Of a stretch of DNA of 64,000 nt, positions 49,266 through 59,027 are shown piece after piece (positions within the stretch are counted from its first letter, which is position 1; the number at the start of each line of letters is the position of its first letter). This DNA comes from Bacillota bacterium. GTDB lineage: Bacteria > Bacillota_I > Bacilli_A > ML615J-28 > CAG-313. The DNA is taken from the NCBI GenBank assembly GCA_963648435.1, contig CAVJDT010000002.1:14408-78407 (forward strand). Reading direction: 5' to 3'. Made by a program: the position numbers and the translations under genes. The notes beneath the pieces were generated by a model, which had not been told where the DNA came from, searched no databases, and worked only from the letters and a program-made list of their open reading frames with translations.

Positions 49266-51063
49266 TTAAACCACCTCCCATTTGGATGTGATGAATTTCC
49301 GAATATAATGGCACATTCATTAACAAATCTTCATGTTTGCCATAACCAATTTGCTTTCCTTCATCAACTACTAAGATTTTATCACAATTTTTAATTGAAC
49401 TAATTCGTTGTGAAATAATTACCATTGTAGCATTTTCTAAATTTTCTTTAATGTTTTTTCTAAGTTTAGCATCAGTTTTATAATCTAAAGCACTTGTCGA
49501 GTCATCAAGGGCAATAATTTCAGGTTTTGTTACAACCGCCCTTGAAATTAAAACTCTTTGGCGTTGTCCGCCTGAAAGGTTTGTACCTTTCGCACTTAGG
49601 ACCTTATCAAATCTTTCAGGAATACTATCAATAAAGGAATATGCTTCAGCAATCTTACTTGCTTTTTCAATTTCTTCATCACTACAGTTTCTTCCAAAAC
49701 TAATATTTTCTCGAATTGTGGTAGAAAATAATACATCATTTTGAAAAACAATTCCAAAAAATTTAGTTAATTCATGATGCTCATAACTTTTAATATTTCT
49801 TCCATTAATTAAGATTTCACCACTATCTACATCATACTCTCTTATTAATAACTTAAGAATCGTTGATTTACCCGATCCAGTTACACCAACAATCCCTAAG
49901 CTTTCACCTTTTTTAATTTTGAAGTTTAAATTTGTAAGATTGTCTACTTTTTTATTGTATGAAAAACTTACATCATTAAATTCAATAAAATATTCACTAT
50001 CTACTTTTTCTGATGGTTCAATTTCTAAATCTACTGGTAGACGAAACACATAATCAATTCTAACACTTGAGGCAAAAGCTTTAGAATAGATGGTAAAAAT
50101 TCTTGTCATTGTAAGCATTGCATTTAAGATTATGGTAAAATAGGTCGTAAATGCTAAAATCTTACCCGATAAAATAGCTCCACCATTAACCCGATAAGCT
50201 CCAACCACAATTACTCCTACTAAACCAAAGTTCAAAAGTAACGTAGTAATTGGGTTTAAACTTGACATAATGTATCCAGATTTAAGTTCATAGTTTATTA
50301 AATTTTTATTAACTTTATCAAATCGTTTTTTTTCATATTCTCCTTTTGATAACGCCTTAATTACTCTAACACCAGTTACATTTTCACGAATTGTTTGAAC
50401 AAGGTCATCAATTCCTTCTTGTATTCTTGAAAATAGAGGAATTCCCTTTTTGGACACTATCACTGTAACTAGAACTAAAAAAGGAAGTAACGCGATTAAG
50501 ACAAGAGCCATTACTGGATCTAATAATAAAATAGCAGTAATACCACCAACTAAGAGAATTGGCGCTCTAACCCCGATACGTTGAGCCATACCTATCATAT
50601 GATGGATATTGTAAGTATCACTTGTCATTCTTGATACAAGCGATGGAATAGTTACATCATCTAACTCTTTCGCACTTAGGCTTTGTATTTTAATAAATAA
50701 ATCTTTCCTTAAATCTCTTGTCACAAGGCTTGCGACTTTAGATGCCATTTGATTAGCTTTAACACTACCAATAAAGCCAATTGCGGCACAAAGTATCATT
50801 ACCCCGCCATAAATCATTACTAGTTTAATGTCCTTAGTTGGAACAATATTATCAATAATATAGGCAAGAAGATACGGAATAATTAAATCCATGATCGTAC
50901 CCACTATTTTAATTATTAATCCTCCAACCATTCGGGGAACATATCTTCTAATATAACTAAAGGTAACACTTGGAACTTTTGTTTTCTTCTTCTTTTTAGT
51001 TTTTAAGATAATCAAACATATTAAAATAACTATTAAAGCGCATTCAATAACTATATACCACAT
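49258..51063 (-). CDS. ABC exporter, fused permease and ATP-binding protein (heterodimer partner)
   Basis: 6 TM helices plus NBD (GVTGSGKST, LSGGQRQR). Likely ATG at 51063 with a GGAGG SD 9 nt upstream, 1 nt after the marR stop. Confidence 0.88.
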   Translation of the reverse strand: MWYIVIECALIVILICLIILKTKKKKKTKVPSVTFSYIRRYVPRMVGGLIIKIVGTIMDLIIPYLLAYIIDNIVPTKDIKLVMIYGGVMILCAAIGFIGSVKANQMASKVASLVTRDLRKDLFIKIQSLSAKELDDVTIPSLVSRMTSDTYNIHHMIGMAQRIGVRAPILLVGGITAILLLDPVMALVLIALLPFLVLVTVIVSKKGIPLFSRIQEGIDDLVQTIRENVTGVRVIKALSKGEYEKKRFDKVNKNLINYELKSGYIMSSLNPITTLLLNFGLVGVIVVGAYRVNGGAILSGKILAFTTYFTIILNAMLTMTRIFTIYSKAFASSVRIDYVFRLPVDLEIEPSEKVDSEYFIEFNDVSFSYNKKVDNLTNLNFKIKKGESLGIVGVTGSGKSTILKLLIREYDVDSGEILINGRNIKSYEHHELTKFFGIVFQNDVLFSTTIRENISFGRNCSDEEIEKASKIAEAYSFIDSIPERFDKVLSAKGTNLSGGQRQRVLISRAVVTKPEIIALDDSTSALDYKTDAKLRKNIKENLENATMVIISQRISSIKNCDKILVVDEGKQIGYGKHEDLLMNVPLYSEIHHIQMGGGLSE

Positions 51064-51064
51064 T

Positions 51065-51508
51065 CTACATATCCTCCACAACGTTATCATCAATATATTT
51101 ACAAGCATTATCAGTTATTTTTTTAAGCCATAAAAGCAGTAATTCTTTATCTTCTTCTGATAATCCATCTAGTATGATATCATTCCATTTTTGCATTTTC
51201 TCAAGTATTTTAGGTCGAATCATAAACGCCTTATCCGTAGGAAAGATTAAATGTGACCTTTTATCTGTTTCATCAACCTTTTTTTCAATAAATCCATTAT
51301 CTTGTAATGTTTGCAAATTTCTCGTTACATTACTCTTATTTAAATGTAATACTTTAGTTATTACATCTTGACTAACTCCAGGATTCTTGCATAGATACAA
51401 AATATACAAATGATGCGTAGGTCCAAGTCCTAATTCTTTAAATTCTAAATTCCGGTATTCATAACTACATCTTTCAATTAAACTTATCCATCTTGTAATT
51501 TTAACCAT
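51065..51508 (-). CDS. MarR-family transcriptional regulator
   Basis: 147 aa winged HTH. AGGAG SD 7 nt upstream. Confidence 0.8.
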   Translation of the reverse strand: MVKITRWISLIERCSYEYRNLEFKELGLGPTHHLYILYLCKNPGVSQDVITKVLHLNKSNVTRNLQTLQDNGFIEKKVDETDKRSHLIFPTDKAFMIRPKILEKMQKWNDIILDGLSEEDKELLLLWLKKITDNACKYIDDNVVEDM

Positions 51509-51521
51509 ATAAACTCCTATT

Positions 51522-51548
51522 TTAGTTGCGCCCGCAACTATTTTATTA
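51522..51548 (+). terminator. GC-rich hairpin with a T-run (plus-strand-oriented terminator or insulator)
   Basis: agttgcgcccgcaact followed by attttatt. The GC-rich stem stands out in an AT-rich background. Confidence 0.4.
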
Positions 51549-51564
51549 TATCAAAATATGATAA

Positions 51565-51598
51565 ATATCGCAAATAAAAAGCGCCAATTGACGCTTTT
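51565..51598 (-). terminator. Terminator of the AbiE operon
   Basis: Stem aaaagcg / cgctttt with loop ccaattga, and a U-rich tract on the minus strand. Confidence 0.45.
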
Positions 51599-51629
51599 AG
51601 TTGACCATACTACATGGTACTTTATTTAG

Positions 51630-52538
51630 TTATTTTTCAAATACACCGCTTTCGATAATCTTATGTATTGCGGTTATAGATACTTCATAGTTTGTATCAT
51701 CAAACAATACTTTCTTCGTGATTTCTTCATAGTCATTATAATAGATTTTCTTATCAATAATTTGTTGTAGAATATTCGGTATATCGTACTTGTCCTGGGC
51801 GGTATAACACCGCTCATGTGCCTTTCTATCCTCTCTGACTTTCTTTATAAGTGTTTTCAGTTTATCGTCAAAAACAATCATAGGAAGCAATCTGTATAAG
51901 TCATAGATGTGTCTTGAATATCCTGTCGTATTGTTTGATACAGCATAATCACAAAGGGCAAATACTTTATCAACAAAAGTTCTATCAAGGGTCTGTACAC
52001 GAATATCAAATGGTTTCATTTCATATTTCTCAATAGCAGCCTCGTCTCCAATCTCTTTCCAGAAGTCGTAAATCATAGATGTTGCAGTTTTGATTTCATC
52101 GGGATAGGTTTTTACCATAAACACGGTTTCAACTAAAAGATACTGTTTTATACCTGCACCCTCAAAATGCATCGGATATTTGATTTCATAACGATTATAG
52201 TCTCTACGACTACGTATATTCGCCTCATTAATTAACTCTAAACCTAGTTCGTTACAAACCTCAATAATTTTGTATTTGAGATCTCTTTTTTTGGCTTGTG
52301 TTTGATTTTCGGAATCAAGCGTCAGGTCAATATCTTCAGAAAATCTGTTGATTATCTTATGGCACTTTGAAAGTGATGTCCCGCCTTTAAAGATTAAATT
52401 CGGAACTTTCTTTGAAAGTGCCTCTAAAAACATTGTAACGTAATAGTCCTTTTCTATGATAGCAGGTGAAGTGTTCAACCTATCACCGAGTACCAACAGA
52501 GTATCATAAAATTCTTGGTGATTCTTATGCAAATTCAT
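51630..52538 (-). CDS. abiEii: Nucleotidyltransferase AbiEii/AbiGii toxin-family protein (DUF1814)
   Basis: 302 aa. The motif FKGGTSLSKCHKIINRFSEDIDLTLD matches the AbiEii NTase signature. Confidence 0.8.
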   Translation of the reverse strand: MNLHKNHQEFYDTLLVLGDRLNTSPAIIEKDYYVTMFLEALSKKVPNLIFKGGTSLSKCHKIINRFSEDIDLTLDSENQTQAKKRDLKYKIIEVCNELGLELINEANIRSRRDYNRYEIKYPMHFEGAGIKQYLLVETVFMVKTYPDEIKTATSMIYDFWKEIGDEAAIEKYEMKPFDIRVQTLDRTFVDKVFALCDYAVSNNTTGYSRHIYDLYRLLPMIVFDDKLKTLIKKVREDRKAHERCYTAQDKYDIPNILQQIIDKKIYYNDYEEITKKVLFDDTNYEVSITAIHKIIESGVFEK

Positions 52539-53163
52539 TTATAATTCCACTCTCCATAATATTTCTTGTTGTTTTAGATGGAAATGCACCCGCAAGCGCA
52601 TACACATCTTTGCACTTAATTCCTCGGTCTTTAATAAATCCTATTATTTCTTTTTGTACTAAGGCATCGTCAAGATATTTTCTCACATCAATATTACTAA
52701 ACAGTTCAAGGATAGTATAAACATCTACATTTTCTTTCGTTATGGGAAACCGAGATTTTCGAAGAATAATATTGCGATTTCTTAGTTTCATTTCACGTAC
52801 CCACATAGTCTCATTATTTGTCACAACTTCTATTGTGGTAGGTATTTGATATGTCAACATAAAACTTTGTTGCATTTGCAAACCACCATATATCCCAAAA
52901 ACATTGTCATTATCTGAAATGTATTTTTTTCTTATAACTTGCTCAACCGATATAAGAGACTTCCCGTAACGAGTTTCGGTTGGAATATAGTAAATGCCTC
53001 TGTCGAACTTAATAAGCGTTTCTTCTTGTTCTGCTTTCTTTAAAAGTTGAAATACACGAGGGCGAGAATATTCGCTCATTTCCTCTAAAATCTCACTTGT
53101 GAATATCGGCTGATTTACGCCAAATTTGTTTCTTAATCTTTCAACCATCAGATTCACCTCCAT
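52525..53163 (-). CDS. abiEi: AbiEi-like antitoxin / transcriptional regulator
   Basis: 212 aa, overlapping abiEii by 14 nt (the typical TA arrangement). N-terminal wHTH-like region. Confidence 0.62.
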   Translation of the reverse strand: MEVNLMVERLRNKFGVNQPIFTSEILEEMSEYSRPRVFQLLKKAEQEETLIKFDRGIYYIPTETRYGKSLISVEQVIRKKYISDNDNVFGIYGGLQMQQSFMLTYQIPTTIEVVTNNETMWVREMKLRNRNIILRKSRFPITKENVDVYTILELFSNIDVRKYLDDALVQKEIIGFIKDRGIKCKDVYALAGAFPSKTTRNIMESGIINEFA

Positions 53164-53359
53164 TACATAGTATTATGCACGTTTTTCCAAAAATTATACT
53201 TTTTTCAAGTTTTTTTCTTTATACAAGTATATTATATTTCATAAGAGCATGTTTGTCAATAGTTTTGATAAATTAAGTGACTCTCTGTATGTGTTATTTT
53301 ATTGCTTGTTTCATCCTCTTCATAAACTATCTCATGTTCTGGAAAAGTAGTTGTTTGAA

Positions 53360-53668
53360 TTAAATATTTTGACCATTACGGACTTTTTTTATTGTATAAG
53401 ACTCATCATTAACATTACAATTTTGTGATGTTGAGTTTTCTATTAAACAGTATGCAAAAGTATCTTCAAACTCTGCTAAATATCCTACTATTTGATCTTC
53501 AGTCCCATATAATGGATACATATCATATGCTTTTTGGGGATATTCATTTTCAATTAGTTTTCTTATGTTCTTTTCATGTTTGGAAGTGTTATTGTAATTA
53601 ATTTCACTTGATCCCATCAACACATGAATAGAAAGTAAAGCTATCAGTAAAACTAAAAATCTTTTCAT
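53360..53668 (-). CDS. Small secreted hypothetical protein
   Basis: 102 aa with a signal peptide (MKRFLVLLIALLSIHVLMGSS). Confidence 0.45.
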   Translation of the reverse strand: MKRFLVLLIALLSIHVLMGSSEINYNNTSKHEKNIRKLIENEYPQKAYDMYPLYGTEDQIVGYLAEFEDTFAYCLIENSTSQNCNVNDESYTIKKVRNGQNI

Positions 53669-53710
53669 TTGGTTCCTCCTTAATCTATTAATTATATGTT
53701 GTAAATGAAA

Positions 53711-53758
53711 TAAAAAGCTCTACTTGGGATAGTTTTATTTCCTAAGAGAGCTTTTATT
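53711..53758 (-). terminator. Long stem-loop terminator after the large surface-protein gene
   Basis: Outer stem aaaagctct / agagctttt and inner stem cttggga / tcctaag (one G-U), with a U-run on the minus strand. Confidence 0.5.
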
Positions 53759-53817
53759 ATATTCTTATCTTATAAAAGACTTATGGAAATATATTTATTT
53801 GATAATATATTTTCATT

Positions 53818-56800
53818 TTATTTTTCTGTGTAAACTCCATGAACAATTGTTGTAAATGTTTTGCTTTGAGATACACCAGTAGTCTTATTTTGAACTGTTA
53901 CAGTGTAACTTACAGTTTGTGTATAATTAGGAATATTTATTATACGACCATTATCTTGTAAAATATCAGGATTATTTGATTTACAAGTGATTGTATAATT
54001 GCTTGATTTTGCATATAATTCATATTCTGCTTCTACGCATTCCATAAACTTGTACCATAATTCTCCATCATTGGCAAGTAGTGTTTGAGGACAGTCTTTA
54101 CCTGAGAACATGTTGTGTCCTACTACTCTTGTTGTATCTAGATTATATTTATATAATAATCTTGTTACAAGTTGAGCAGTGATTTGGTAAGTATACCATA
54201 GGTCACTACCAAAATTACAAGCAGTTTCAATACCTACAGAGTTAAGGTTACCACCACGACTTGAGATGGCACCAGCAAGTGTTTGGGTGAAACATGCCCA
54301 AGTAGTGCCCATATAGTAGTATCCATCTACAGCCTTCCAAGCAGGGCCAAAGAAGGTAAAACACTTAGATGGATCAGCCATTATTTTCTTTGTGCCTGAT
54401 GAAGTTGTACCAGTTGTAGGAACTTCAATAGTTGTTGCTTGACCATTTAAAGTGAAGTAATATCCAGTTGAAGAACTAGAATTTGCGATTACACCCCAAA
54501 TTGGTTTAACGTTCGCAGTTGCTTTAACTCCTGTATTAGTCCAAGTAAATTTAGTACTTGTTCCATCTCCTGCGTGCCATGCTACTTCACCATCAGGAAT
54601 ACACATATAGATACCATCATTACCTGTACAATAGTTTGCTGAAGCGGCTGTAGTATTGTTGAAGTAATTGGCGGTTGCTCTTGCGTTTGATGATTTTGGT
54701 GTACCTGCAGTGTAGTGAACAGTGATAAATTCCATTGTATCAATCTTTGTTCCAGGACGGTTTGCATGTTTGCCATCTAGAGGAATAATTAAACTTTCAT
54801 CAACAAAGTAATCATAATTGAATAATAAATCAGATACACTTGTGAAAACATCAGTAAGATATGCATAAGCAACATTTAAATTTCTAGTTATATAAATATC
54901 ATTATTATGAGCTTTTGCGATAATATTAAAGATTTCATCAACATTATCTTCTAAAATAACAATAACAGTTGACATCTTGACATCTTCGTTTCCTTCAAGA
55001 TACGCTGTAATTTCTGCACTTCCAGCCCCAAAGGCGGTAACAAGTCCAGTTTCATCGACTGTTGCAATACTATCATCGCTTGATTTAAATTTAATATTAC
55101 CATTACTTCCATATAAAGTTGCTTTAACATAAGTTGTACCTTTTGTATCAATTACTGATAATCCATCAATTTGAAGATCAATAAATGGTTCAATATAAAC
55201 TTCTACTTCAAAGGAAATATTAAATTTTTCATTATCAAGAACTTCTACATTTACTGTTGCTTTACCAGTATTTACACCAAATAATACTCCATTTTCATCA
55301 ACGGTTAAAATATTTGTATTGCTTGATGTAAATTTTAATCGTTTGTTGGTTGCATCACTTGGTTTAAATGTCCAAGTAAGTTGATGTGATGTAAGTTTTA
55401 ATAATTTATCAATTTTTGCTATTTCAAATGATTCAACTGGAGTTGATGCACTCCATTTTCCCGTTAAAACTAAATCTTTATTCATGTCTTTAGTAATCGT
55501 AGTTACACGATTACCATCTTCATCAAACCAGCCAAGGAAAGTTCTTCCATCATCAATTACTAGTTCAACAAGTTTAGTTTCTTCACCAACTGTATATTTG
55601 GTAATTAGTTTTTCTTTAATTGGATAAGCTTTATAAACAGCTGAGGTTCTGCTTTCATTCCAGTATGATGCGGTTTGATTAAAAAATGCATAAAGTCTTA
55701 AGTAACCAACATAAGTTGAACCCCATGCGGTTTGAGCACCATTAATGGCATTTACTTGTTTATCAAATTCATTAAGCCAAGCCATCCATAGTGGTGCATT
55801 AGCTTTCGCATTAACGAAATAACCTTCATCAATTTCACCTTTACCATCTTGTTTATAAACTTTATAGTTTCCTGCTGCTCCACCTTTCCAAGTGGCAAAA
55901 GCAGCTGCTTTAAACGCTTCAAGACCTACTGTTTGTCCACTCCATGCATAGAATTCTTCAAAGAATGCATTTGTGAATTCTTCTAATGAAGTAGCTTCAT
56001 GAGTTGGAAGTTCACCATCTTCATAAATATAGGTAATTGATCTTTCATTTTCATTATATTCTTTCCATATTGCATATAAAGTAACATCTACTTTTGATGT
56101 TCTTTCAATTTCTGTTACATAATCACTAGAACCTGCTTTTTTACTCCAGCCAAGGAAAATATGACTTGCTTTTGTTGGGGTAGGAAGAGTGGATAGGCCT
56201 TTACCTTCTGAATATTCTGTAGGTGCTCCTTCAGGAAGAGTACCACCATCTAAAACATAATTAATTTTATGAGTTGGAAGTAGAGCATTTAAATCATACC
56301 ATTTGGCATATACAGTTGTTGATTTAGATACTGATGTAACCGGACTTCCACTAAAGTTTTTGTCTGTGTACCAACCTACAAAGGCATAACCTTCACGAAT
56401 AGGAGCGACAAGATTAATAATTGAATCAGGTTCTACTTCTACTACTTCGTAAATATTTTCTTGTTTAGTTGTACCATTATAAGTAACTGTTGGTGTAGGA
56501 ATGACTCCTCTTAAGAAATTAAATGTTTCATAATTTGTGCCTTTACTCATTAAACCTTGTGTACCATAGAAATAACCATCAAGAACAAATGAGAAACCGG
56601 CTTTATAACTAACTGATGATTGTGGTAAATCTGAGTATTTAATGGCGGTTAATTGATTAACCACATTTAATAAATTAGCATATTTTTCTTTATAAGGACT
56701 TGTGCCAAAGAATCCTCCAGTTGGAATGCCATTTTCCATACTATCCCAGAATAATTCACTATAGCCATCATGGGCACCATAATAACCTGTTGAAGTATGA

Positions 56801-57843
56801 TTATATAAAGCTACTGGGTCATCATAGTTTTTACTAAAATCTTCCCACGTATAAGCTTTTTCACGAATTGACTGGTTAACCTTTGGAGAATCTAATAGAT
56901 TATTGGTTAATAAATAATAATAGAATTCATTCATGAAAACCTCAGGTAAATTACTAACACTATCAATTCCATTTTTAGGATTTGTAACTTCACCACTTGT
57001 CCATGACCATGAACCATTATTTAGTTCATATTCCACTTTAACAGGAACTAAAATTAACTCCCATTTTGCTTTTAGATTAATAGTTTCAGTTGCTTCTTGA
57101 CCAATCATTTCAACTTTTTCGGTATTTTGGTACCAACCTAAAAATTTATATCCATCTTTTATTGGAGTTGGAAGTTCTGCTAAGCCAGTGCCAATAACAT
57201 AGGTACTAGGGGCTTCACTTTCGAATTTTCCACCATCTAAATCATAAATGATTGAAGCAACGTTTGGTAAAACTTCGATTTGAGTGGATTTTTCTACTTT
57301 ATTAATACTATTAGAAACAACTAATGTAATAGTAACTTTACCTTGAGAAATGGCAGTAACAACACCATTTTTTACTGTTGCGATTTTTTCATCACTTGAT
57401 TTCCATTCAACATTTGTGATATTTTCAGCACATTCGTAAGTAATTGTTTTACTTTCACCTATCGCCATAGAAGTAAAGCCATTTACTTTAACATCTGTTA
57501 TTGGCAAGTCTTCAACAATAACTTTAGTTGAATGGGAAATTGTTGAGTCTTCATTCCATTTAGCTGTTACAATTGCTTCACCAACCCCAATAGCTTTAAT
57601 AATGGTGCCTTCAATTTTGACAACTTTAGTATCATTAGATGAATACTTTAAGTTAGCGATAATGTCATCTACGGAAATTTTACTTGTTCCCGTAATTGTT
57701 AAATCAAGATTAATTGTTTCACCTTTTTTAACTGTAATTGTTTCATGCCCAGTAATACTTACTTTTTCAGTTTTAGAATTACATGAACTTAAAGTGAAAA
57801 CAACTAATAAAAACATAAAAAATCTTAATACTTTCTTATTCAT
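53818..57843 (-). CDS. Large surface lipoprotein: Big_2 Ig-like domains, multiple flg_new (Listeria-Bacteroides) repeats and a C-terminal amidase_2 (N-acetylmuramoyl-L-alanine amidase / PGRP-like) domain
   Basis: 1341 aa. Lipobox LSSCNSK. Big_2-like segments near residues 30-200 and 800-960. Repeats of the type DGYKFLGWY, EGYAFVGWYTD, HIFLGWSKK and GRTFLGWFDEDGN. The C-terminal region TVHYTAG...AWHAGDG is the amidase_2 signature. Confidence 0.78.
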   Translation of the reverse strand: MNKKVLRFFMFLLVVFTLSSCNSKTEKVSITGHETITVKKGETINLDLTITGTSKISVDDIIANLKYSSNDTKVVKIEGTIIKAIGVGEAIVTAKWNEDSTISHSTKVIVEDLPITDVKVNGFTSMAIGESKTITYECAENITNVEWKSSDEKIATVKNGVVTAISQGKVTITLVVSNSINKVEKSTQIEVLPNVASIIYDLDGGKFESEAPSTYVIGTGLAELPTPIKDGYKFLGWYQNTEKVEMIGQEATETINLKAKWELILVPVKVEYELNNGSWSWTSGEVTNPKNGIDSVSNLPEVFMNEFYYYLLTNNLLDSPKVNQSIREKAYTWEDFSKNYDDPVALYNHTSTGYYGAHDGYSELFWDSMENGIPTGGFFGTSPYKEKYANLLNVVNQLTAIKYSDLPQSSVSYKAGFSFVLDGYFYGTQGLMSKGTNYETFNFLRGVIPTPTVTYNGTTKQENIYEVVEVEPDSIINLVAPIREGYAFVGWYTDKNFSGSPVTSVSKSTTVYAKWYDLNALLPTHKINYVLDGGTLPEGAPTEYSEGKGLSTLPTPTKASHIFLGWSKKAGSSDYVTEIERTSKVDVTLYAIWKEYNENERSITYIYEDGELPTHEATSLEEFTNAFFEEFYAWSGQTVGLEAFKAAAFATWKGGAAGNYKVYKQDGKGEIDEGYFVNAKANAPLWMAWLNEFDKQVNAINGAQTAWGSTYVGYLRLYAFFNQTASYWNESRTSAVYKAYPIKEKLITKYTVGEETKLVELVIDDGRTFLGWFDEDGNRVTTITKDMNKDLVLTGKWSASTPVESFEIAKIDKLLKLTSHQLTWTFKPSDATNKRLKFTSSNTNILTVDENGVLFGVNTGKATVNVEVLDNEKFNISFEVEVYIEPFIDLQIDGLSVIDTKGTTYVKATLYGSNGNIKFKSSDDSIATVDETGLVTAFGAGSAEITAYLEGNEDVKMSTVIVILEDNVDEIFNIIAKAHNNDIYITRNLNVAYAYLTDVFTSVSDLLFNYDYFVDESLIIPLDGKHANRPGTKIDTMEFITVHYTAGTPKSSNARATANYFNNTTAASANYCTGNDGIYMCIPDGEVAWHAGDGTSTKFTWTNTGVKATANVKPIWGVIANSSSSTGYYFTLNGQATTIEVPTTGTTSSGTKKIMADPSKCFTFFGPAWKAVDGYYYMGTTWACFTQTLAGAISSRGGNLNSVGIETACNFGSDLWYTYQITAQLVTRLLYKYNLDTTRVVGHNMFSGKDCPQTLLANDGELWYKFMECVEAEYELYAKSSNYTITCKSNNPDILQDNGRIINIPNYTQTVSYTVTVQNKTTGVSQSKTFTTIVHGVYTEK

Positions 57844-57920
57844 TTTCTTTTCTCCTTTTATTTTTTTACATCACTATAATACAATATAAATTATTTTTTT
57901 GCAAGCGTTTTCCTTTTTTA

Positions 57921-57952
57921 TTTATTAAAAAGACTCATAATAAAATGAGTCC
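57921..57952 (-). terminator. Terminator after the flavin reductase gene
   Basis: Stem agactcat / atgagtc with loop aataaa, and a U-run on the minus strand. Confidence 0.5.
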
Positions 57953-57957
57953 GAATT

Positions 57958-58518
57958 TTATTTAATTTTCAATCCTTCCTTAAAAGCCTTACCTACTACT
58001 TCTCCTAGTTTAATGTATGCTTGGTTAACTGGATCGTAGGTAATAGGATTAAATAATGAAGGGTCAACTTTACCATTACTACCTATAACTTTTTCATCTA
58101 CTGATACATTAACAATTTCACCTTTTAAAATTCCCGTTTCTTCACTAAATTCAAGCATTTGACATTCTAGGGTCATTGGGAATTCTAAAATAATAGGGGC
58201 ATTAACAAATTCACTTTTTTGAGTATGCATATTAGCTTTTTCAATTTTATTTGGTTCTTTATTACCAGATACAACTCCAAAATAGTCTGCTTCTACCACA
58301 TGTTTTGCATCAGCAATACTTATGGTAAATGCTTTAGTATTCAATAAGTTTTTAACAGTTTTGTGTTCTAAACTTAAAGCAATGGAAACTTGCTTAAAGT
58401 CTGAAATACCACCCCATGCGGCATTCATCGCATTTGGTTTACCATTTTCATCATATGTACCAATAATTAAAACTGGCATTGGATATAAATATGTATTAGG
58501 TCCTAAATTTTTACGCAT
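57958..58518 (-). CDS. Flavin reductase-like FMN-binding protein
   Basis: 186 aa with a split-barrel flavin reductase signature (YPMPVLIIGTYDENGKPNAMNAAWGG). Confidence 0.8.
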   Translation of the reverse strand: MRKNLGPNTYLYPMPVLIIGTYDENGKPNAMNAAWGGISDFKQVSIALSLEHKTVKNLLNTKAFTISIADAKHVVEADYFGVVSGNKEPNKIEKANMHTQKSEFVNAPIILEFPMTLECQMLEFSEETGILKGEIVNVSVDEKVIGSNGKVDPSLFNPITYDPVNQAYIKLGEVVGKAFKEGLKIK

Positions 58519-58522
58519 AATT

Positions 58523-59011
58523 TTATAACTCCTTTTCGATAATATCGCCTAAATTAAATTGTATAACTTTTTTTAAGTCATCTAGTTTCATTTCGACTTG
58601 ATAGCCGATTTTACCACCACTAAACATGATGGTATCAAATTTTAAGGCTGATTCATCAATTGTGGTTTTAAAAAACTTTTTCATCCCAATGGGGGAACAT
58701 CCTCCATGAATATAACCAGTTAAGCCTAGTAATTCCTTTGATTTAATCATACTTACGTTCTTTTCTCCAACTAGGCTTGCGGCTTTCTTTAAATCAAGTT
58801 CTGCACATACGGGAACTAAAAACACATAATGATTTCCACTTTTTCCTTCTGTCACTAAAGTTTTAAATACTTTATGAGGATCTCGATTCAAAACCTTTGC
58901 AACTTCCATTCCGCTTATTGCATCACTTTCTAGATAAGTGTGAACAGAATAAGGAATTTTCATTTTATCTAAGATTTTGTAAACATTGGTTTTTTCAATT
59001 TTCTTCATCAT
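58523..59011 (-). CDS. ybaK: Cys-tRNA(Pro)/Cys-tRNA(Cys) deacylase YbaK/EbsC family
   Basis: 162 aa with a YbaK-like core (HYVFLVPVCAELDLKKAASLVGEK...GGCSPIG). Confidence 0.78.
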   Translation of the reverse strand: MMKKIEKTNVYKILDKMKIPYSVHTYLESDAISGMEVAKVLNRDPHKVFKTLVTEGKSGNHYVFLVPVCAELDLKKAASLVGEKNVSMIKSKELLGLTGYIHGGCSPIGMKKFFKTTIDESALKFDTIMFSGGKIGYQVEMKLDDLKKVIQFNLGDIIEKEL

Positions 59012-59027
59012 TATTAAACCCTCTCCA

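Noticed and set aside
51524-51539. GC-rich hairpin considered as a tRNA fragment or an attachment site for an integrative element
   Set aside because: It is only a 16-nt palindrome, and there is no tRNA-like cloverleaf, integrase gene or clear flanking direct repeats. The similarity between the left and right flanks of the AbiE islet (catactacatggtac vs cattacatagtattatgcac) is too weak to call. It is retained only as a terminator-like element.
53164-53359. Search for the AbiEi operator, the inverted repeats expected for an autoregulated AbiE promoter
   Set aside because: The 196-bp upstream region is AT-rich with several partial palindromes (for example tatacaagtata), but none forms a clean pair of inverted repeats that I can assert from sequence alone.
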